A DNA stretch of 63,907 nt, the filler included, from Octopus bimaculoides (lineage: Eukaryota), in assembly GCF_001194135.2 (NCBI RefSeq). It is 12 parts of 8 records of this genome, joined end to end, with 100 filler letters (N's around TTAATTAATTAA, not from the genome) between each part and the next. Parts side by side here need not be neighbours in the genome. Positions count along the whole stretch, not along the records: positions 59,966 to 62,646 come from NC_068991.1; positions 62,747 to 63,907 come from NC_068981.1; 10 more parts are not named here. One strand, 5' to 3'. Below are positions 60,901-63,907 of the stretch, piece by piece. Made by a program: the position numbers and the translations under genes. Below the pieces are notes generated by a model. That model was not told the DNA's origin. It made no database searches and saw nothing but the letters and a program-made list of their open reading frames with translations. Position 1 is the stretch's first letter. Each line of letters begins with the position of its first letter.

Positions 60901-61618
60901 GCCAAAGTCTGAAATCATCGCCATCATCATCATTATTACTATGATGGCTACTGATATAAAACCATATGGCAATGACAACCTCTTTGCTTCAAAAATTAAT
61001 TGCACATATTGAATTCCCTTATCTATTGTATCCTTGTAATGCTGTTCAAGTCTATAGAATTTGTGCAGGTTAAGGCTTTTTATAAAGTGAGTACTTCAGT
61101 GTCTCTTTTTCACCTCTTTTACAATTGAGACAGCACATATAAATAAATTTTCAACTAATGACTGATTATAGAAAGATTATTCTGAAAATACGTAGAGTGT
61201 CATCTAAAAATTCCATTGCAAAACCAAAAGCAAGCATGCAAATATATTACAAAGTCAATAAAAGTCATTTAGTAATATATCACAAAGATAATACTTGTCA
61301 TACAGAGATACTACCAAATAATAGAAATTTTCAAAATGTACAAACCTAAAAATGTCAAAATAAATTATTTATATTCAATCTTTTATTTGTTGAGAATACT
61401 GCAGGAGTTAGTTACTCCAAGGTCTAGAGTTTCACACTTATGAACGAAACCATTGCTTTCCCCCTCTCAAATACTCATTCCCATTTAGCCAAAGGGAAAA
61501 CTTTTTCCTTTTCCTCATTCTTTTCTTGTCTTGCAAGTTACATGGTGACCTCACAAGTGCTGGTGGTACAAAAAAAATTACAGTGCACTTTGTAAAATGG
61601 CTGGTGTTAGGAAGGGCA

Positions 61619-61835
61619 TACAAGGTGGTGCTGAAAAGTTCCTGGTCTTAAGGGCATTGTGAAAGGCATGGTTGAAGACCCAACCTTCCGAGTTCTTTTA
61701 CAGGGCTGAGAAAAACTGAAGGGCTACTGTAATAAGTGTGTGAATCTGAGAGAGGAATATGTTGAATAAAATCATAATTAACTGATCCTCCTGTATTTTC
61801 TTTTGCCCAAAGCAAACTTCTTAACTCCACAGCTA
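61619..61835 (+). mobile_element. mariner-derived non-autonomous element
   Basis: TA + CAAGGTGGTGCTGAAAAGTTCC (mariner-type TIR) and KCVNLREEYVE* (mariner C-terminus); inserted after AGGAAGGGCA of a family-R SINE. Right TIR is degenerate. Confidence 0.5.
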
Positions 61836-61845
61836 TGTCTGTGCC

Positions 61846-61887
<42 letters not shown>

Positions 61888-62032
61888 TCAGTATGAGACA
61901 TTTGGGCATGGTTGTTTGGATGCAGGTGATTTGGCACAACTGACTGGACATTGCACATGTTTTTTGGCATTAGAGACAAACACACACACACACACTCACA
62001 CATGCATGTACACACAGAAATATACAGATACA

Positions 62033-62067
<35 letters not shown>

Positions 62068-62279
62068 TGAGAGAAATTTTAAAATGTCTGATCAAATAAG
62101 TCAATGTTGAATCAGCAACACCACATAAACGGTGACAAAATGGATATGCCAAAACATTTCATACTCTCTCTCTCTCATATATATAAACCACAGTATATTG
62201 CCATCCTTGTGTTTCACACAATTCTCATAGTCCTTCATAGTTGAATATCTTTCTTTCATCAGGCATTTTTTTTTTTTTG

Positions 62280-62545
62280 GAAGCTTGGTACTTATTCTAT
62301 TGGTCTCTTTTGCCAAAACAATAATTTATGGGGATGTAAACATACCAACACCAGTAGTCAAGTGGTAGTGGGGGACATACACAGACATAAAGGCACACAC
62401 AATGAGCTTCTTTTCAGTTTCCTTCTACCAAATTCACTCACAAGGTTTTGGTTGACCCAAGGCTATAGGAGAAGATACCTGCCCAAGGTGCCATGCAGTG
62501 GGACTGAAACTAGAGCCATAAGGTTACCATACAGCCACACCTGTA
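62280..62545 (-). mobile_element. SINE family A, diverged
   Basis: GTACTTATTCTAT...CTTTCAGTTTCC...CCTGCCCAAGGTGCCATGCAGTGGGACTGAA...CATACAGCCAC. Confidence 0.85.
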
Positions 62546-62914
62546 AAAATGCAATTCATATATACATACATAACAATCTGAGATCAAATTACTTGCCTGG
62601 CAAGTATATATATATATATATATTCAAACACACATATATACATATANNNNNNNNNNNNNNNNNNNNNNNNNNNNNNNNNNNNNNNNNNNNTTAATTAATT
62701 AANNNNNNNNNNNNNNNNNNNNNNNNNNNNNNNNNNNNNNNNNNNNAGCACATCACGCTGTAATTCTTGGGCTGAGAAATCAACACTTAAAAGCCATAAT
62801 TTTAAAGGAGCGATAAGAATTTTGAATAAAGGAAAATGGGTAGGGGTGGGTAGGTACCGTCAGCGAGGAGATAGGGCACTTAATTGTAGATTTTAAATAT
62901 TTGAGAGACAACAT

Positions 62915-63069
62915 ATCATCATCGTTTAACGTCCGCTTTCCATGCTAGCATGGGTTGGACGATTTGACTGAGGACTGGTAAAACCGGATGGCAACACCAG
63001 GCTCCAGTCTAATTTGGCAGAGTTTCTACAGCTGGATGCCCTTCCTAATGCCAACCACTCAGAGAGTGT
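62915..63069 (-). mobile_element. SINE family R, young copy
   Basis: Near-identical to 26628-26780. Confidence 0.85.
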
Positions 63070-63907
63070 ATATATATATATATATATATATACATATATA
63101 TACATACATACACACATACGCATAACATACATGTAGATAAAAATAAAAATGCAGAAAATCACATCTTTTATTGGTAATTGCACCATACAGTGCTGATGAC
63201 CATTTTTGTTGTGTCAGCTTATTTAGATACAGAAAATATCAAATTGATATATCTGAAAATATATGTTAACACAATGTTATCAAGGCAATCCAAAATTGGT
63301 TAAATTCAAAGCGAACTAAGAAAGTATCTCTAGTAAATGAATGCATACAAAAAGAACATGAAGAAGAAATATAGTATTCTAAGAAAAGCCAGTTTAGTAT
63401 TTAACTTTTGATGAAGTCTGTAGATAATGAAAGAATAAAAGATGAATTCTACATTATGACAATTAGAAACATAGAAGTTCTACATCATAACAATTAGTTA
63501 TCTATCAATTAAATATGCTAAATATTTTTAGAAAAATTATGCATATTATATTATATGAGAAGTAATTATAATTAATGGGTTATTTAGAATTGAAATCTTT
63601 AAATGCTTTTCTATATTTGTGAGAACATTTCAATATAAAATTACCTTTATAATTCAATAATACTATTGTAGAAGAAATTATACAATACATTTCCTCAAGG
63701 ATATTTTCTTAGTCTGCTTTGAAGGATTGCCTTGATAATATTGTGTTAGCATATATTTTCAGATATATTTATTTGACTGATATTTTCTATATCTAAAATA
63801 AGTACCAGACTTTAAGAAATAAGCTTATCTAGTCATGCCAAAACCATGAACAGTCATTGTCGTAATTACTGACTGGAGATAATGATAAATATATATATAT
63901 ATATATA

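Overview
This is eukaryotic, AT-rich, gap-riddled non-coding DNA made almost entirely of microsatellites and transposon debris. The SINE families, the extreme (AT)n/(CA)n/(AAT)n/(ACAT)n density and the N-TTAATTAATTAA-N scaffold linkers point to an octopus (O. bimaculoides-like) draft genome; this is inferred from pattern recognition, not a search. No intact protein-coding gene is recognisable, and most supplied ORFs are simple-repeat or N-gap artefacts. Recognisable content: (i) many decayed restriction-like-endonuclease (RLE; R4/Dong-type) non-LTR retrotransposon fragments, including a head-to-tail train at 34.7-42.7 kb, oriented relative to (AAT)n tracts; (ii) a second RLE-type set embedded in (ACAT)n tracts; (iii) CR1-like, RTE-like and L1/Tx1-like fragments; (iv) a Ty3/Gypsy LTR with a tRNA-Leu PBS and gag start; (v) dozens of copies of at least four SINE families; (vi) two non-autonomous DNA transposons with GGATC termini, 8-bp target-site duplications (TSDs) and internal telomeric (TTAGGG)n arrays; (vii) three large fold-back palindromes; (viii) several minimal type-I hammerhead-ribozyme motifs of the Penelope/retrozyme kind. 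The most notable hammerhead is fused behind a tRNA-derived Pol III promoter at 36.9-37.2 kb. A few weak splice-site-bounded exon candidates are reported at low confidence.
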